This document shows positions 13,291 to 28,413 of a stretch of 64,000 bases of DNA, in pieces; within the stretch, counting starts at the first letter, position 1, and each line of letters opens with the position of its first letter. The notes under the pieces were generated by a model. The model worked only from the letters and a program-made list of their open reading frames with translations. It did not search any database and was not told the DNA's origin. Made by a program: the position numbers and the translations under genes. Origin of the DNA: Dicyema japonicum (lineage: Eukaryota > Animalia > Dicyemida); contig RDEW01000023.1 of NCBI GenBank assembly GCA_011109175.1, positions 724,154-788,153 of the forward strand, read 5' to 3'.

Positions 13291-13862
13291 AAAGCTATTA
13301 ATTGTTTACTTTTGCCTAGCTACACTAGAAATCAACGACGCACATGAGATCCTGTGGTTTTCCAGTTGATTTTTGTTGCAATCGTGAGAAGCAGCGCAAT
13401 ACTATCGGCGGGAAAAATTTAAGAGAGTTTACTGTAATTTTCATAAAACGGTTTAATAATTATCGTTTATTGGTGTCGTAATGTCAGGTCCACTTGAGGA
13501 AAGTGCCCTGATGGCTAACCAGATACCATCTTAGATTAACTTCGAACGAATAGTTCTTTTGAGACAAATCACTTACTTGTTCAAACAATGTGTTCCCGGA
13601 TATGGTTAAAAAATGTGGGGCAACTTGGGGAAATGGGGTCCTCACATATAAGAAAGAATATTTGTCTTTATGGCGGCAACGAGAGACTCCTTTCCATGAC
13701 TATCTCGATCAAGTCCCAGTGAATTGAGTAGGTGCACCCATTTTCGATCGTATTGGAAAAGGCCTCCGCAGGGACAAGGCATAGAGCCTTGGACATCGTT
13801 ACCGAGATTGTGTGTAAAAAAAATCACTAGGAGATGAGGCGAAAATTTAAATAAAGTTTTCA

Positions 13863-14062
13863 TTTTTAGGTCAACTTTTTATATTTTATAGGTCAACAAT
13901 TTAATTTTTAGAGCAATTTAATTTACTTTTTAAGGTCAGTTTTTTTTGTTTTTAGGTCAACTTTTTATATCTTATAGGTCAAAAATTTAATTTTTAGAGC
14001 AATTTAATTTACTTTTTAAGGTCAGTTTTTTTTGTTTTTAATGGCAACATTTTGGTTGCCCT
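13863..14062. repeat. About 86-bp tandem repeat (2 copies) built of TAGGTCAA subunits and ending in GGTTGCCCTA; possible hAT subterminal region
   Basis: Direct reading of the repeated units; the terminal sequence resembles a hAT TIR (inference). Confidence 0.5.
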
Positions 14063-14064
14063 AA

Positions 14065-14400
14065 TGATAAGCCTTCTTCACATCCACCCAAAATGACAAA
14101 AGTGAGTTTCCATGAGATACAGAAAGGTCTTGTTGATTAAAGCATGCTTTTTTGCCCCCTGACAATTTTGCACATTGATCTCTACAAACCTGACCTTACT
14201 ACCCACCAATTTGGTCATCAGATTATACATGGTTGGCAGGGAGGTTATCGTTCGATTATATGCAGCAGACTAAGGGTTGTCCTGCCTTATTATCTATTAA
14301 GTTGTTCCAATGTAGACCCAATCAGGAATCGTTTCGGGTTAGTGATACCTTTATGTATCACACGACACATAGTCTCGTGCAATTAAGTACATCTTTTGAT
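14065..14400 (-). mobile_element. R4-like RT fragment
   Basis: Homologous to 38220-38540 (GAKEQAL-type motif region, tgacaaaagtgagtttccatgaga shared). Confidence 0.6.
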
Positions 14401-15019
14401 AAAGAAATGATAAACTTTAATAACTCCACTCGTTTTCTAATCAAAGAGACCTCCTATAAAGATTTAGATCAGCTGATTATTAAAAGGAGGATTCTGTCCG
14501 CTTTATCATTTATTGAAAGTAAACGAAAATGACGGATTTTGATAAAGAAATGATAAACTTTAATAACTCCACTCGTTTTCTAATCAAAGAGACCTCCTAT
14601 AAAGATTTAGATCAGCTGATTATCAAAAGGAGGATTCTGTCCGCTTTATCATTTATTGAAAGTAAACGAAAATGACAGAAGTGGCAAATTAACCATGGTA
14701 TTAATTAAATTAAATTTATTTCATAGACCAAGGGTAACCGAACTAACTAACTCATTGATCCTGACTCGTTCAAGCGTTCCAGATCCTGTTTCCAGGTAGC
14801 GACATTGTCCCCGGGGAAAGAATAGTTGAATACTCTTGATGCCGGCCAGGCATCGGGCGTCTCCTAAGTAAAGTAGATCCAATAACGCCATCGGAAGGAA
14901 AAAAATAATTTATGCCATATTAGCCACATAGCACCACGTGGCCAATATAATGTGATAAGTTAATTATTGTCATTATTGAATCAGTAAACCACCGTCATAT
15001 CTAAAATAAACAAAATCTC

Positions 15020-15480
15020 AGCCTCCCTCAACAGTCTCCGTATCTTTTCTCGCTGTTCCGCTTGCATTCCTGCATATTTCCGATAAGGACGGGGTCCGCA
15101 TACTCGAGTCTTTTACAGGGGCACTGTTCCAGTCGCCTCTATCATATTTTTTAGGTTTCTGGGCAGGATTTCCACACGGGAATATTTCTTTAGTAAGTTT
15201 GCTGCCTTCAATTGAATATTGCATATCCTGTCCAAATTCGTTGCAGCAAGGTTAGATCCCCAGATATTACATGCGTATTCTATTGTAGCAACGATTAACT
15301 GTTTGTATATGACATACAGTCCACTATTTCTTTTAGGTTTCCCAAGAGCGCCTTCAGAAAGTTGATTTTCCTCGTACAAAGGAATAACATATCTTCTACA
15401 TATTTTATAAAGGTTAACAAGGTGTCAAACTCCAGGATTTTTTGGTACTTGTTTTGCGGGATATTTTTTTTAATGGCGAG
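15020..15480 (-). mobile_element. LINE (I/Jockey-like) post-RT fragment; second copy at 25592-25770
   Basis: YKQLIVATIEYACNIWGS..IQLKAA; near-identical DNA at 25592-25770. Confidence 0.65.
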
Positions 15481-16519
15481 AATGACGAGTGTGTAAGATT
15501 TAAGGAAAAACTCTGAGCTAAGGTGGAAAATTAAAATAATTAAATTTTCATTACGAGACAACAGTTAAGGCGAAAAAACAAAGTAATATTTGCGGATAGC
15601 ATTATTGAAAAAGAGAAAAATGTACAGACATTATTGTCTGATACTTCCAGTTATCCTATAAGTTGGCCAATAAATCATTTGTCGAATCTAATATTCCTCT
15701 CTACAAAATGAAGCGCCCTTCTTGTTACGTTTATTGGAAGAGTAAACTTATCAATTAAACCTGAAACAACAGATTTAATTCAAATAAAATAAATGAAATT
15801 GTTGGCCAATTAATATTTCTCAGTAATAGTCGCCATCATGACCAGGCATGCCATTATATCCACCCAAAGTCTCTAAATTAAACATCCCACTGACAATGTT
15901 TAAACAACTTTCTCGACTTATACAGCAACAATTTATTAACTATTCTATTAGTTTTCTGGAGTTTATTATATCTGAGTCCTACCTGGACTCAAAACCTGGA
16001 CCCTTCCTCCTTTTTTAGTTTTCTCATAACGTTTTTCACAGTTTTATGTATATCCTGGATCTTTGATCCCCTTCTGAAACCGTTGATCCTCATTGCTTCT
16101 TCAATATACAGTCTATCCATATAATTATTGACGGAATTCATTTAATAATTTATAATTTTTTATAGACACTACTATTTTTTAATTTTAGAAGCAAAAATAG
16201 AAATGCTATTCTTTGCTATTTTTTTCAAATTGCTAATAAAATATACGCCGAGCTCGGATGCTTATGTCTATCAATGTGACATTTGTTGTTGTGGTTGAGT
16301 TTATTCTTATAATATGGACAAACAGATTATAGGATCACCAGAACTTCAAAATTAATTTTCCAAATCGGCCCAAAAATCAAATGGCACAGGAAGTCGTCAA
16401 GACTACGTTAAAAGTCTTATGATGGAGGAAAAGTGAATGGAAATGGTTCAAAGTCTTCTGTACCTGACTGATTTTCAACTCGATTGAAAATTTGTAATGG
16501 GAATGTAGAATCCTCCTAT

Positions 16520-16920
16520 CAAAGTTATTAGCGATGTCGGGTCCAACCTCAGGGCGTGTCCAAATAGTCTCCAACGAAACCTTATGATCTCGAGAATTAC
16601 TGGTGTACAGTCACATATTTTGTACAGTCCTTTCCACGAGATCTTGGGTGGCCATGACATTTTAGTTATGTTTCTTAGATGATTCCTGTGAAACTAATTT
16701 AGCCTCTCCAATTCGTCTTTTGAGGTGCCTTGGATCCCAGAGTTGTATAGGAGGATTGGATTGATATAGGTGTCGTACAATGCCGCGTTTGCCATGGTTT
16801 TTTTCCGTATGTATCACTATCTCCTAATAGGGAGCCAAGGTTCTTGTGTTTCTCCATTTCTCTTCGAGTGAGTTATTTATTCGTCTTATTTCCATCCGTT
16901 CTGTTTTTTCTCTGTTCCGT
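16520..16920 (-). mobile_element. RTE-like LINE post-RT fragment
   Basis: WPPKISWKGLYK..RWRLFGHALRL; LYDTYINPILLYNSGI. Confidence 0.65.
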
Positions 16921-17318
16921 TTCCTTGTTAGTATTATTTATAAAAATGTTTGAATTTATTAAATTATTATATATTGGTTAAGTCTATCTCGGCCAAAATA
17001 GTTTTTATTATGCTCAGACTTCAATAAAGCAGATACACGAACTCAATTATTGTTAATTTCAGTTCCTTATCTTCAACTGCAAAGAACCGTAATTTTAGAT
17101 CATCCTTCTGTAATAGTGCTTTACCGTCTTATCAGAAAATTAATAAAATCGTATTATTAGAAAATTAATAAATCTTTACAGAACAAGACCTCGTTTTGGA
17201 ACACTTATAATTATTTTAATTTAAAATTAATTTTTACAGTTTCTATGTTTTGCTACAATTAATTTTTAAATCACGTGCAGATTTTTGTTCATTTTTTTGC
17301 TTGTCTTAAAGTTATCTT

Positions 17319-17660
17319 GGTGGCATAGTGGTTAGGTGTCGGGCTAAAGTGACTTAGGTTACGGGTTCAATTCTCGCTGCCGTTCACCTGGTGGAAGGTT
17401 CCACGCATCTACGATGCCAAAAGGGTATGACGAGTGACGCCGTCATCAGTGGATACTCACTGCAGAACTGGATTGCCTAGAAAGGACCCACATACAAGAA
17501 AAAGAAAAAAATAGAAGTGGAGATCATTTCTTGGTTCTATAATTAGTTAAAATTAATTGTCATTAACTTAAATAAAGTATGTCTCCTGCCAATACGGAGC
17601 TATAAATACTATGGCTCTTGTGAAAAGGCTGTTATTATGCAACCTGTCCATTTATGTGCC
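17319..17660 (+). mobile_element. tRNA-headed SINE-like element, copy 2 (best preserved)
   Basis: Pol III A box TGGCATAGTGG (17321-17331) and B box GGTTCAATTCT (17364-17374) at tRNA-like spacing; the body aligns with 3600-3970. Confidence 0.8.
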
Positions 17661-18507
17661 GTGTCCTTGTGGTCACATTATATATTGGCTTCAGATTTAA
17701 AATTATTAATTTTTAGTGAGTTTGTTCTCTTTTTTAAACTTATTTTGAAAAACTAAAGCTATGAGTTTCAAATTAATAGTTACTTAAATTCCACTTAATG
17801 GTACTTATTATTCTAATTATGATTGATTTTTATTATTAGCACTGTCATAGAAACAAATGTTAACACACACTAGATTATCTTTTCCACTAGGTTTTTACAC
17901 CATCATTGGTTGTAGGTCATATTCATAATCACATCGGTGTCGTCTCCAGTTTTTAGTTCATTTTTTTCGCGCGTTGAAGGTATCTAGCAATAAGACAAGA
18001 CAGTGCGAGGTCAGACACAAAATTCCGATTTGTCCTTGACGTAATAGGATTCCATTGCCCTATTTTATTTTTTATCATTGATTTTTACTCAATTCCTATT
18101 TTTACTTAAAACAACTATTTTTATAAATTAAACTAAATGGGACATATTAAGGAAACAATTTAATTAGAACTGTGTTCATCACTATCTGTTAGCATGTTTT
18201 TCGCCATAAGAGACTTAACTTCATTTTCATTCAGTCCCTCAAATATATTTGCCAAGGTAAACCGTCTTTCATTTCTATATACTGGGTTTTCAATATCTTC
18301 ACGAATCTGTTCATCGAGATCCTCAAATCTGAATGACCCGTACATTAATATTACTGATGAACGATTGTTATATATATAATGACATCGTGGTTAACAGTTC
18401 AATTGTACCTGTGACATATATAATCAATTTTATGTTATTTCTTAATTTATTAAAGCATGACAAAATATAATATCAATATAATCCAATAATAAACTAATAA
18501 TCCTAAA

Positions 18508-19957
<1,450 letters not shown>

Positions 19958-20219
19958 ATTATTTTTGAATAATTATAAGCTTATTAGTTAATCTTTATAA
20001 TAAATTATTTTTAATATTCATTTAATTAAAATTTTATTTAATCTATTAAGAAATAGGAGAGTGTTGTTTAGAAATAACGTTAGCTCCAACTTGAATTGAC
20101 TGTGATTTGTAGTGAAAAGTGTTATTGATGACTTTTCGTTAGAAGGTATAAGGAAATTTTGGTCCATTCAATAAGAAAATTTTTCAATATGTTCTTTTAG
20201 GATCATAGAAGAAATGGAT

Positions 20220-21300
20220 GGTTACGTCGCGGTGGTGAGAGACAATTATGATATCGTCGGAATAAGAAAGAAGAAGAAAAGTGAAGGAACACCCGAAAAC
20301 TCGGATCTTTACTTGGCGATTCAGAAGATATTATACGACTAAAGATATTGGCCACAACTAATAAATTACAATTTATTTTGATGAGAAAGAATCAAATTTC
20401 TACAATTACCCTTATTTAATGGATTTGTCAGACCAGTAATCAAAGAAAGATATGGAACACCTCGAATCATTTCACAGAGGTCAAATAAGAAAACTGACTG
20501 ATTGTGGACCAGTTTGAACGTATTTGAAGCCCGTTGGCGCCTTTTTGACATATTCTACGGATCGGTGAAGAAAAACCATGCAATGCCGCCATGGAAGAAT
20601 TTTTCGGCATACTGAATTTTCTAAATTCAAAGAACGTCCAATAGGTCGTCTTTCCAGGACACTTGCATAGGATTATGCTGCGATCGGTGGCCGATTGGTG
20701 GATGCAGACGATCTGGACGAAACTAGGAGGCGAGCAAGACAATGAAAAGGATAGAGAAGGCTAACGGCAGTAATAGTCGAAAACATGTCACAAGCGAAAC
20801 CATAACCACTGTTTACTGGGAATACAGACGCACTTAACTATAAGAAGAATTATGTCCTGGTTTGTTGAAAATAACGGTTTGATTAAAAATAGTAGAACTC
20901 TTTTAGTAATCTTCGAAATAACAGACAAAAGCGAAGAAGGATCAGAAGGGTTACGGTTATACTTCAAATAGGAATGATTGTGGATTTCTTCCAGAGCATC
21001 AGCAATTATACAGATTGTGCAAAGAGTGGAAAGAACACAAGAAATATTTTTAAGTACGCGTTCTATTCCACGTTAATAGTTTGTATACGTCTTCGTGATC
21101 CTCCTTTTCGGACGTTGATAGTCGAAGGTAATTAAAATCGAATTTTGGACAATTGGGAGATCCTAAAAGACATCCCATTGATCGTCGAGAGCGATACTGA
21201 GAACAGAGGGAAAGTATTAGAATGATCGGAACGCAGAGCAAAACGAATGTGTAGAACAGAATTATTAAGAAAACTAAATCCTCCAAATCTTGCATAATTT
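20220..21300 (-). mobile_element. Degenerate LINE RT region
   Basis: WKKSTIIPI..PSDP..ISKITKRV (RT N-terminal motifs) read across frameshifts; shares sequence with 437-770. Confidence 0.55.
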
Positions 21301-22229
21301 GCACTCCACCTTTATCAGGTTTGTTAGAAGATATTCATTCAACATTGAAAGAATTTTCTTGGTTGCGTCGCGTTTGGCTTTATTGAAGAAATGGAAGGTC
21401 CCTCAATTTTCTTGTTAGGGATTAAGCTCATGGAGGAGTAAACTATCATGATCTTGTTTAAAAAGTTCTTGTTCTCTAGGTCTCCGCAAGGAGGCGATCT
21501 CATAGAGTTAGTAAAGCCCCTAAAAGTACTCCATATCCTCGTGAGGGAGGATAGTTTTTTAGGGCAGAGGTTTTCAGAAAATAATTCTCGCACCACACTA
21601 ATCGTAAAAAAATAATCCACGGAACACATTAAAAAATAAAAAATTGAAATTTTTTCGGATACGTAAAAGTGAGGACAAAAATTGGTAATTTAATTGGCAA
21701 ATTTTTATTAATATAAAACAAAAACAATAAATTAGAGAATGCGTCGAGAATTGGTAATTGAATCACACTTTTCCTTCGAAAGTAAAAAACAAATATAAAG
21801 AAAAAATCCGACGAGAAAGTGTTATCTGACAATGGTATCTTTATTATTTTGTTCATATTTATGACCAAGCATCTACAGTTGACTGGATCTACAATACATA
21901 GTAAAAACTAAATAATACATGTGTTGTTTTTTCAAATGTATAAAATAATTCACAGATTTTTTGGAATAGTCGGATTAATTTAATTTTAATAATTAGTTTT
22001 AATTTGTCTATTTTTTTAAATTAATTAAACCAAAACGGGGTAATTGGTAGGCCATAATTCTGAAGATCTTAGAAGGGTAGGGAAAGTCGAACGGTTCTCT
22101 TTCATGCTGATGTTGGAGGCTGGGATCACTTAATGTAGCAAGTTAATACTTTCTTTCTTGGTGGTCTTGGGGTTTTAAAATAAAATAAATAATTAAACCA
22201 AAAAATGTAAATAAATTTTTCAAATTTGC

Positions 22230-22990
22230 ATTTGGCTGACGGCACACCAATTTCTGGTTTAGAATGTACATAAGGTAATTCCAGTCGCTTTCCTGTTAAA
22301 TCTTAGCCTTGTTTCTGATCTCTCTCCAAGGCTCGAATCCTCATCATTGTTTTCCAAGATTGAATCTGTAGGCTTTTTAAGCAACTTCTTTTCATCTTGA
22401 ATGAATCGGATGCACGGGATCTTCGCAATTATATTCTTTTATAGCTTCTGCTAGATTATTTGTCCTGTTAGATTCATTTACGCTTTTCTCGGGATTGCGA
22501 TTTTTTAGAAGCTGTCTAGATTGTCTTTAAGCCAAATTTTCAAATTGTTTGGAATCTTAAAGCCAAAAATCCTCCTAGTGAGTAATTTCTTTGAAATCGA
22601 ATCAAACACCTTCTGTATGTCAACAAATAAGACTCTTTTGATACCGAGGTTTGCATAGTAGGCCCTCCTTGATGAATGTCGTCAAGCGTGTAAGGTGAGT
22701 AGTTGTGAAGTTAGGCTTCTTAAAACCACGTTGGAAGGATACGTCTGAGAAATAATTTAATCTGATCGAGAATTAATTTGTCCAGAATTTTTGAAGAGAC
22801 ACACAGAAGTCAGTAAAGAGGCTTAGGGTGGGCATGATGTTACTTCAAACGCTTCCCTGTTTCATCTTAGCCTTGTATCTGATCTCTCCAAGACTCGAAT
22901 CCTCGTCCTGGATTCCCAAGAATGAATCTGTAGTTTTCTCTCAAGGCTCGGATCCTCGTCCTGGTTTCCCAAGAATGAATTTGTGGTAAG
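22230..22990 (-). mobile_element. Jockey/I-like RT fragment with internal ~70-bp direct repeats
   Basis: FQRGF..VDIQKVFDSI..LKIWLKD; cttagccttgt..gaatctgtag repeated at ~22302 and ~22866. Confidence 0.5.
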
Positions 22991-23489
22991 AAGACTACTT
23001 GATGTAGCTAATTAAAACGGTGATTCAATAAAAAATTGCCAATTTTATGGAGTAATCTTCTAACGTCGTATATACAACTTTTTGGTTTGTTAATAGGTGA
23101 ATTTAAATAATAACTTTATTTTTTTACCCAAGAGGGAACTCAAAGAAGAGCGTCTTCTTGTGACGACTAAATTAAACTTCCAATAATCCATTACAGATTT
23201 CTGATTCTGAAGAGAAATGAAGTAGGTCCCCTCTTTTTCATTTTCATCACACGTCCTTCAGTCACGGACACGTGACTTCTATTGTCGGATTAATCGCCAA
23301 ATCACATTTTAACTATATTATAAAAATCAAAATTTCAACCTCTTCTATCTAGGAACCAGCCCACGTGTTCCCTTAATTTACTGGCGATTTTACTGGTAAC
23401 CCATATTAACGTCAACAAATAAATATATCTTGGTTGAGGTGGTAAAGTCCCTCTTTAGTAAAAAGTGCTGGTAATGTCTCAAAACACAA

Positions 23490-24720
23490 TGGAAAAAATT
23501 ATTGACTTTTAATGTGAGAGGAATCAGTTTTTAAATGCAAAGAAATCATCTTTGCCAAGATCTACAGCATTACTGAGTAACTTTTGCATACTTTAGGAAA
23601 TTTAAGTAATTGGCTGAAGACTATGGGGAATACATATGTCCGTTTCTGGGACTGTTTTGTGATTAAGAGAATAAGTACAATGGCGGAAGAATACTTATCT
23701 GCTAATCAAAGTGGATTCAGAAGAGGTTGATCCATTTCAGACATTTCATGGGATCATTGATGAAAATATGACACAAATATACAAGAATGATATACATATC
23801 CTCGGAATTGACTACGCAAGAGCTTTTGACACTATAAACAAGGGAAAATTAATAAACATACTCAAAACAACATTGGAAGAGCATTCTCTGTGGTTGATAA
23901 GATTCCTGTTAGCTGATGCAGATCTTAGAGTCCAAGTCGGCCCTGAATAGTCTGAATATTTTTATACTCATGTTGGGGTACCATAGGTGATTCCATATCT
24001 CTCATTTTATTCTTTATCTTTGTCGAAGCAACTAGCGGTGGCTACTAGACTGTTTTCGGAAAGATGGAGGATGTACAAAATATCATCAAATGTGCACACG
24101 AAATACTGGATAAATGATCATTGAAATTGAATATTGAAAAACGGACGAAACAACAGTGAAATAGAGGTCCAGTCGGCTGATGAAACATGGAGAATAGTGA
24201 AAATGTTGTGTTATGTATTAAGAGACTGGGAAGACATTAAAAGGAAGAAAACTGTAGCAACAATAGCACTAAATAAAATACAGTCTGGTGGATGAGTTGT
24301 CCTCACGTATCATCAATACACATTGTGGCTTCCTATGTTTCTTACAGAAAACAACTACGATTTCTGGGAATCTACTGGGCAAAAGAGATGACTAACGAAG
24401 AGCTCTACATAATCACTCAAACGACACAGATTAGGAATAAAGTTACTTCTGCGAAATGGCAGCGCTCTGGACAAATCTCAAGAGCTATGGAAATGGCACC
24501 GGCCAATCAGGCCATGGTCATACTTTTTTTTATTAAACAAACAACGTATCGAAGTCGAATAAGAACAACGTTGCCGTCGACGCTTGACAAAGAACTCACT
24601 TGCATATGAAGAAAACTGAAAAGAAGAGATGATCTGGATGATCTGAGGGAGGATGCGAAAAACAGGGGTGGATGGAAACAACTCACAGAGCGTATCCAGA
24701 GATGGATGAAAAAAGTGGAA
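23490..24720 (+). mobile_element. RTE-like LINE, RT to 3' end, degenerate
   Basis: NQSGFR, LGIDYARAFDTINKGKL, RKQLRFLGIYW, RIRTTLPSTLDKEL. Confidence 0.75.
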
Positions 24721-24889
24721 TCTCAAATTAGTTAACTTTTCTAATTCCGCGGACATTGCTAATAATAATGCGTCTCCACTGCCCTCTGAATTTTGCATTT
24801 GTTCGTAGATCTTCTAGGTCTTTTATTGGTTGAACTAGTGACGTGGTTTTTAAAAATTATGTATTTTTCACATTTTCGTATTATCTGTT

Positions 24890-25520
24890 CACATTGGTGT
24901 TATTCGATGTTTGAGGCTTAAAAGAAAAACGGAAAAGGGAAGATTTGATAAATGACTTAATATCATATAAGGTCACTATATGCAGTATGCAGGAGATTAA
25001 AGTGAAGGATGAAGTTAAGGAGAATTACGAAGAGTTTAGACTTATATTACTGGACTCAGAATGCAACCGCTACGGACTTTGCTTTTCTGTGCATCAATGT
25101 CTTGATGGGAGAATCCACAGTGTGTGGAGGGTAAATAACAGAATAGCAGTACTTAGACTAAGTGGGGAATAGATAATTCCTTTATATCCTTAATTAATGT
25201 CTACGCCCACAATGGCGAGAATTTCCACAAATCCCGATGAATTTGATCTGTTTTACATGTCACTAAGGGATACCATCTCTGATCTTAAATCCTCGTTTAT
25301 GACTTTTTTATGTGGATTGGAATGCAAAAGTGGGTCACTCTCCTTGGAGAGAACCCTGTATTGGAAGGCATGCTAAGAGAAGAAGAAATATGTCAGGAGA
25401 GTCGCTTGTACAATTCTGAGACGTGTTTGATTACTTTATTTGTAATTCAGAAACTACATGGACTGGACTCAGAAAGAATGGAAATAGAAATTACGTCCAC
25501 AACAACCAGATAAACTAAGA
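24890..25520 (+). mobile_element. RTE-like LINE APE endonuclease fragment
   Basis: ICSMQEIK, RVNNRIAVL, LINVYA, DWNAKVG. Confidence 0.7.
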
Positions 25521-26039
25521 AATCAAGTTTCGACGAGTTTGAGGAAAAAAACAATCTTGGAAAAAATGTATTGGATAATAAAAAATTACTGATCAGTCGC
25601 CTCTATCATATTTCAAGGTTTCTGGGCAGGATTTCCACACGAGAAGATTTCCTTAGTAGGTTTGCTGCCTTGACTTAAATGTTGCAGATCTTGTCCAATT
25701 TCGTTGCAGCAAGGTTAAATTCTATTGTAGACTTGATGAACTGTTTGTATATGACATCCAGTCCTGGTTCAATAATAATAAAATTTCATTTAAAATTATT
25801 AGCGTGATTTCTAATACTTCGTGATGAGTCTTGTCCAAAAAAAGTTAGAACCTATAAAAGGAATATTTTTCTTTTAAATTAATTAAAAATCCTCAGGATC
25901 TTCATAAACCGCTTTGTTTGCAATGTGGTACAGTATTTTCCAATGAGGCAATGAAGCTATTGAAATGAAATGAAATAAAAAATTAAATTAACAACATGTT
26001 ACGAATTAGGTACTAATAAGTCTGCCTGTTAGGTCTAGA

Positions 26040-26810
26040 CTCTTCATCCTGTTACCATTTTTCTAATAATCCATCCTATGTCTATTTACTTTAACGTCCT
26101 GATCCGAATATCCTCCGTGATCGGCCTGACAAGTTTGTTCTCTTCCTCCGTCAGGGCTTCATGTAATTTCTTACCGAGGGCTAGTTTTATTGCCGCCCGC
26201 CGTGTTTTCTCCAGTCGGGCGAGAATCCTTTCTCTCGAGGGGGTGTAGAACCATCCCTCGCTTCCGTAGATCAATCTGGGAAGAATCACATTCCGAAAGA
26301 TAAAGAGCATGGAATCAACGTCTAGTTTCAGTCTTTTAGTGCAGTACAGTGCCTGCAAAGCCTTTTTCCTTCGCCCTTCGATGTCCTTCATGTATGATCC
26401 TCTTCCATCGACTGAAATCCCCAGGTATTTCAATGACGAAATTCTCGGTATACAGAGAGTGTAGGGCTCTTCCTGATGTCTACCCGGCCTGCTTATCCTC
26501 AAATAACTGGATTTTTCCGTCGAGAGTTTCATGCCTCTCCGATCGCACCAACCCTGGACTTTGTCGATAAAAACACCTAGTCGCCGCTCTGAGATGTATG
26601 CCTTCAAAGATGAATCCAGGATTAGAATGTCGTCCGCGTAAATCATTAGCTTGGTTCTGACGTTCTGCGGAGACGGAAAATCTTCCATAAATATGTTAAA
26701 TAGCAAAGGGCTAAGAATAGATCACTGTGGCACTCCTCTTTTAAATGATATTCCATCCGAATAACTTCCACCAACTACCACGTGGGATATCCTCCCGGTT
26801 AGATAGATAG
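26040..26810 (-). mobile_element. Jockey/I-like LINE, RT C-terminal half
   Basis: GVPQ*SILSPLLFNIFMED..IYADDI..KYLGI; same family as 59210-62441. Confidence 0.85.
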
Positions 26811-27314
26811 ACTATGTATTATGCAAAAGATCTCTTCTTGCGTTATTAACAGACTCCCGCAGCTATCTTTTTTCATTTCATTTTTTTATTAACCCAAGAA
26901 CACCAATAGTTAATTTAATTACTAAATTAATAAGTGATCTCGAAGGCCTCAATCAGAATTCTTATTTTTTCCTCGTGCGCCTTCTGGGATCCAACACAAC
27001 TTCTCTGTGGGCGGGGTGGTTTCGGGAATAGGAATTGGAGAGGGGTGATGTATACCCTTCTCATAATTCTATTTTGTCGGATAAGGTCTTCAAGTGATGA
27101 GGGTATTAGTTTTTCTAGTTTTCCGAAATTACTAATAGTAGTGGCTGTTAAGGCCTGAATGTCCCGGATTCTTTGTTTGTTCGTCCAGGAAGATTGATTT
27201 CATATTAAATGATTTGCAATTCGTTTGCAATATAAATCAGTTTTTTTTATAAATCTAAAATATTTAATAAAATTAAATTTGAAAACAATTTTGTGTGAAT
27301 TGTAGTTTGTGTTG

Positions 27315-28413
27315 ATGTCAGATTCTCGAGGTATTAATTCACTAAAATAACTACAGAATGTCCTGGTATTGATAGTAATAAGGCTGGAAAAGCAAATGCA
27401 TGTGCAAATTGTCCCAACAAGTTATATTGCTTAAACAACGACAAAGAAAAGTTTTTTTCAGGTATATAAATTAAACATTGCTAAGAATGTAAGGAAATAA
27501 AATTGCGACTGTCGAGAGTGAAACATAAAATAATAATATTATCTGGAAAGGGAGGAGTTGGAAAGAGCACTTTCTCAGCCCTTTTCAGTGACTATTTGTC
27601 TTCTATAAATGGAAATGTTGTTGGTATTGTTGACACAGACATTTGTGGACCTTCTCTTCCGAAAATTATGGGAGTTGAAGGTGCTTACATGCACAAAGAT
27701 ATCAACGGATGGGATCCAATTGTATATATTTGTAATTAACGTTTAGTATGTGAGGCATAATCTAACATTAATGTCTTCTTCGTTTATAATTGATGACGAC
27801 GATAAGGCCTTAGTTTTATATGGGGATAAGAAATCAGGTTATTCATATTAAATATTAAAGGGTTCATTATGCAATTTTTAAGAGATATTGACTGGCCATT
27901 TGATATGAATTACTTAGTAGTTGATACTCCTCCTGGGACGTCTGACGAACATTTATCGACTCTTAATTATTTGAAGGATATCGGTATTGATGGTGCAGTT
28001 ATTATTACTACTCCTCAGGTTTTACAATTTTATTATTCAAGGAACTGTCTTTAGTTGACGTTAAAAAACAGATAAATTTCTGTAAGGCTGCAAAGTTGAA
28101 TGTCATTGGGGTTGTGGAGAATATGGCTTATTTTAAATGTCCTCATTGTCACGGATGCTCTGATATTTTCCCAATTGATTCTGTTGGAGGAAAGGGACTT
28201 TGTGACGAAATGGGAGTTAGATTTCTTGGAAGTGTCCCGATTGATGTCGATTTAGGTTGGATATATTTGAGAAAGTTTAGCGAGGAGTTGCGATGAGGGG
28301 AGAGACTTTTTTGATGATTACAGTAATTCTCCAATCAGTACTGTTCTTTGTGCCATTTTTAACGGTATTTGTTTTTTTGCATTTTAGATATCATCAATTA
28401 TTGTGATAATTAA
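27315..28413 (+). CDS. NUBP1: Cytosolic Fe-S cluster assembly factor NUBP1 (Nbp35); 8 exons
   Basis: N-terminal CPG..C..CPN..C, Walker [35 protein letters not shown]|E, VENM..CPHC. GT-AG introns 27331-27356, 27462-27485, 27722-27746, 27838-27860, 28019-28041, 28256-28280, 28365-28387. Confidence 0.96.

Noticed and set aside
17319-17390. Functional tRNA gene
   Set aside because: A/B boxes are present, but there is no proper acceptor stem, canonical anticodon arm or terminator; it continues into a repeated body
27280-27315. Trans-splice acceptor upstream of the NUBP1 ATG
   Set aside because: A single TAG in AT-rich DNA; the other genes show no consistent equivalent
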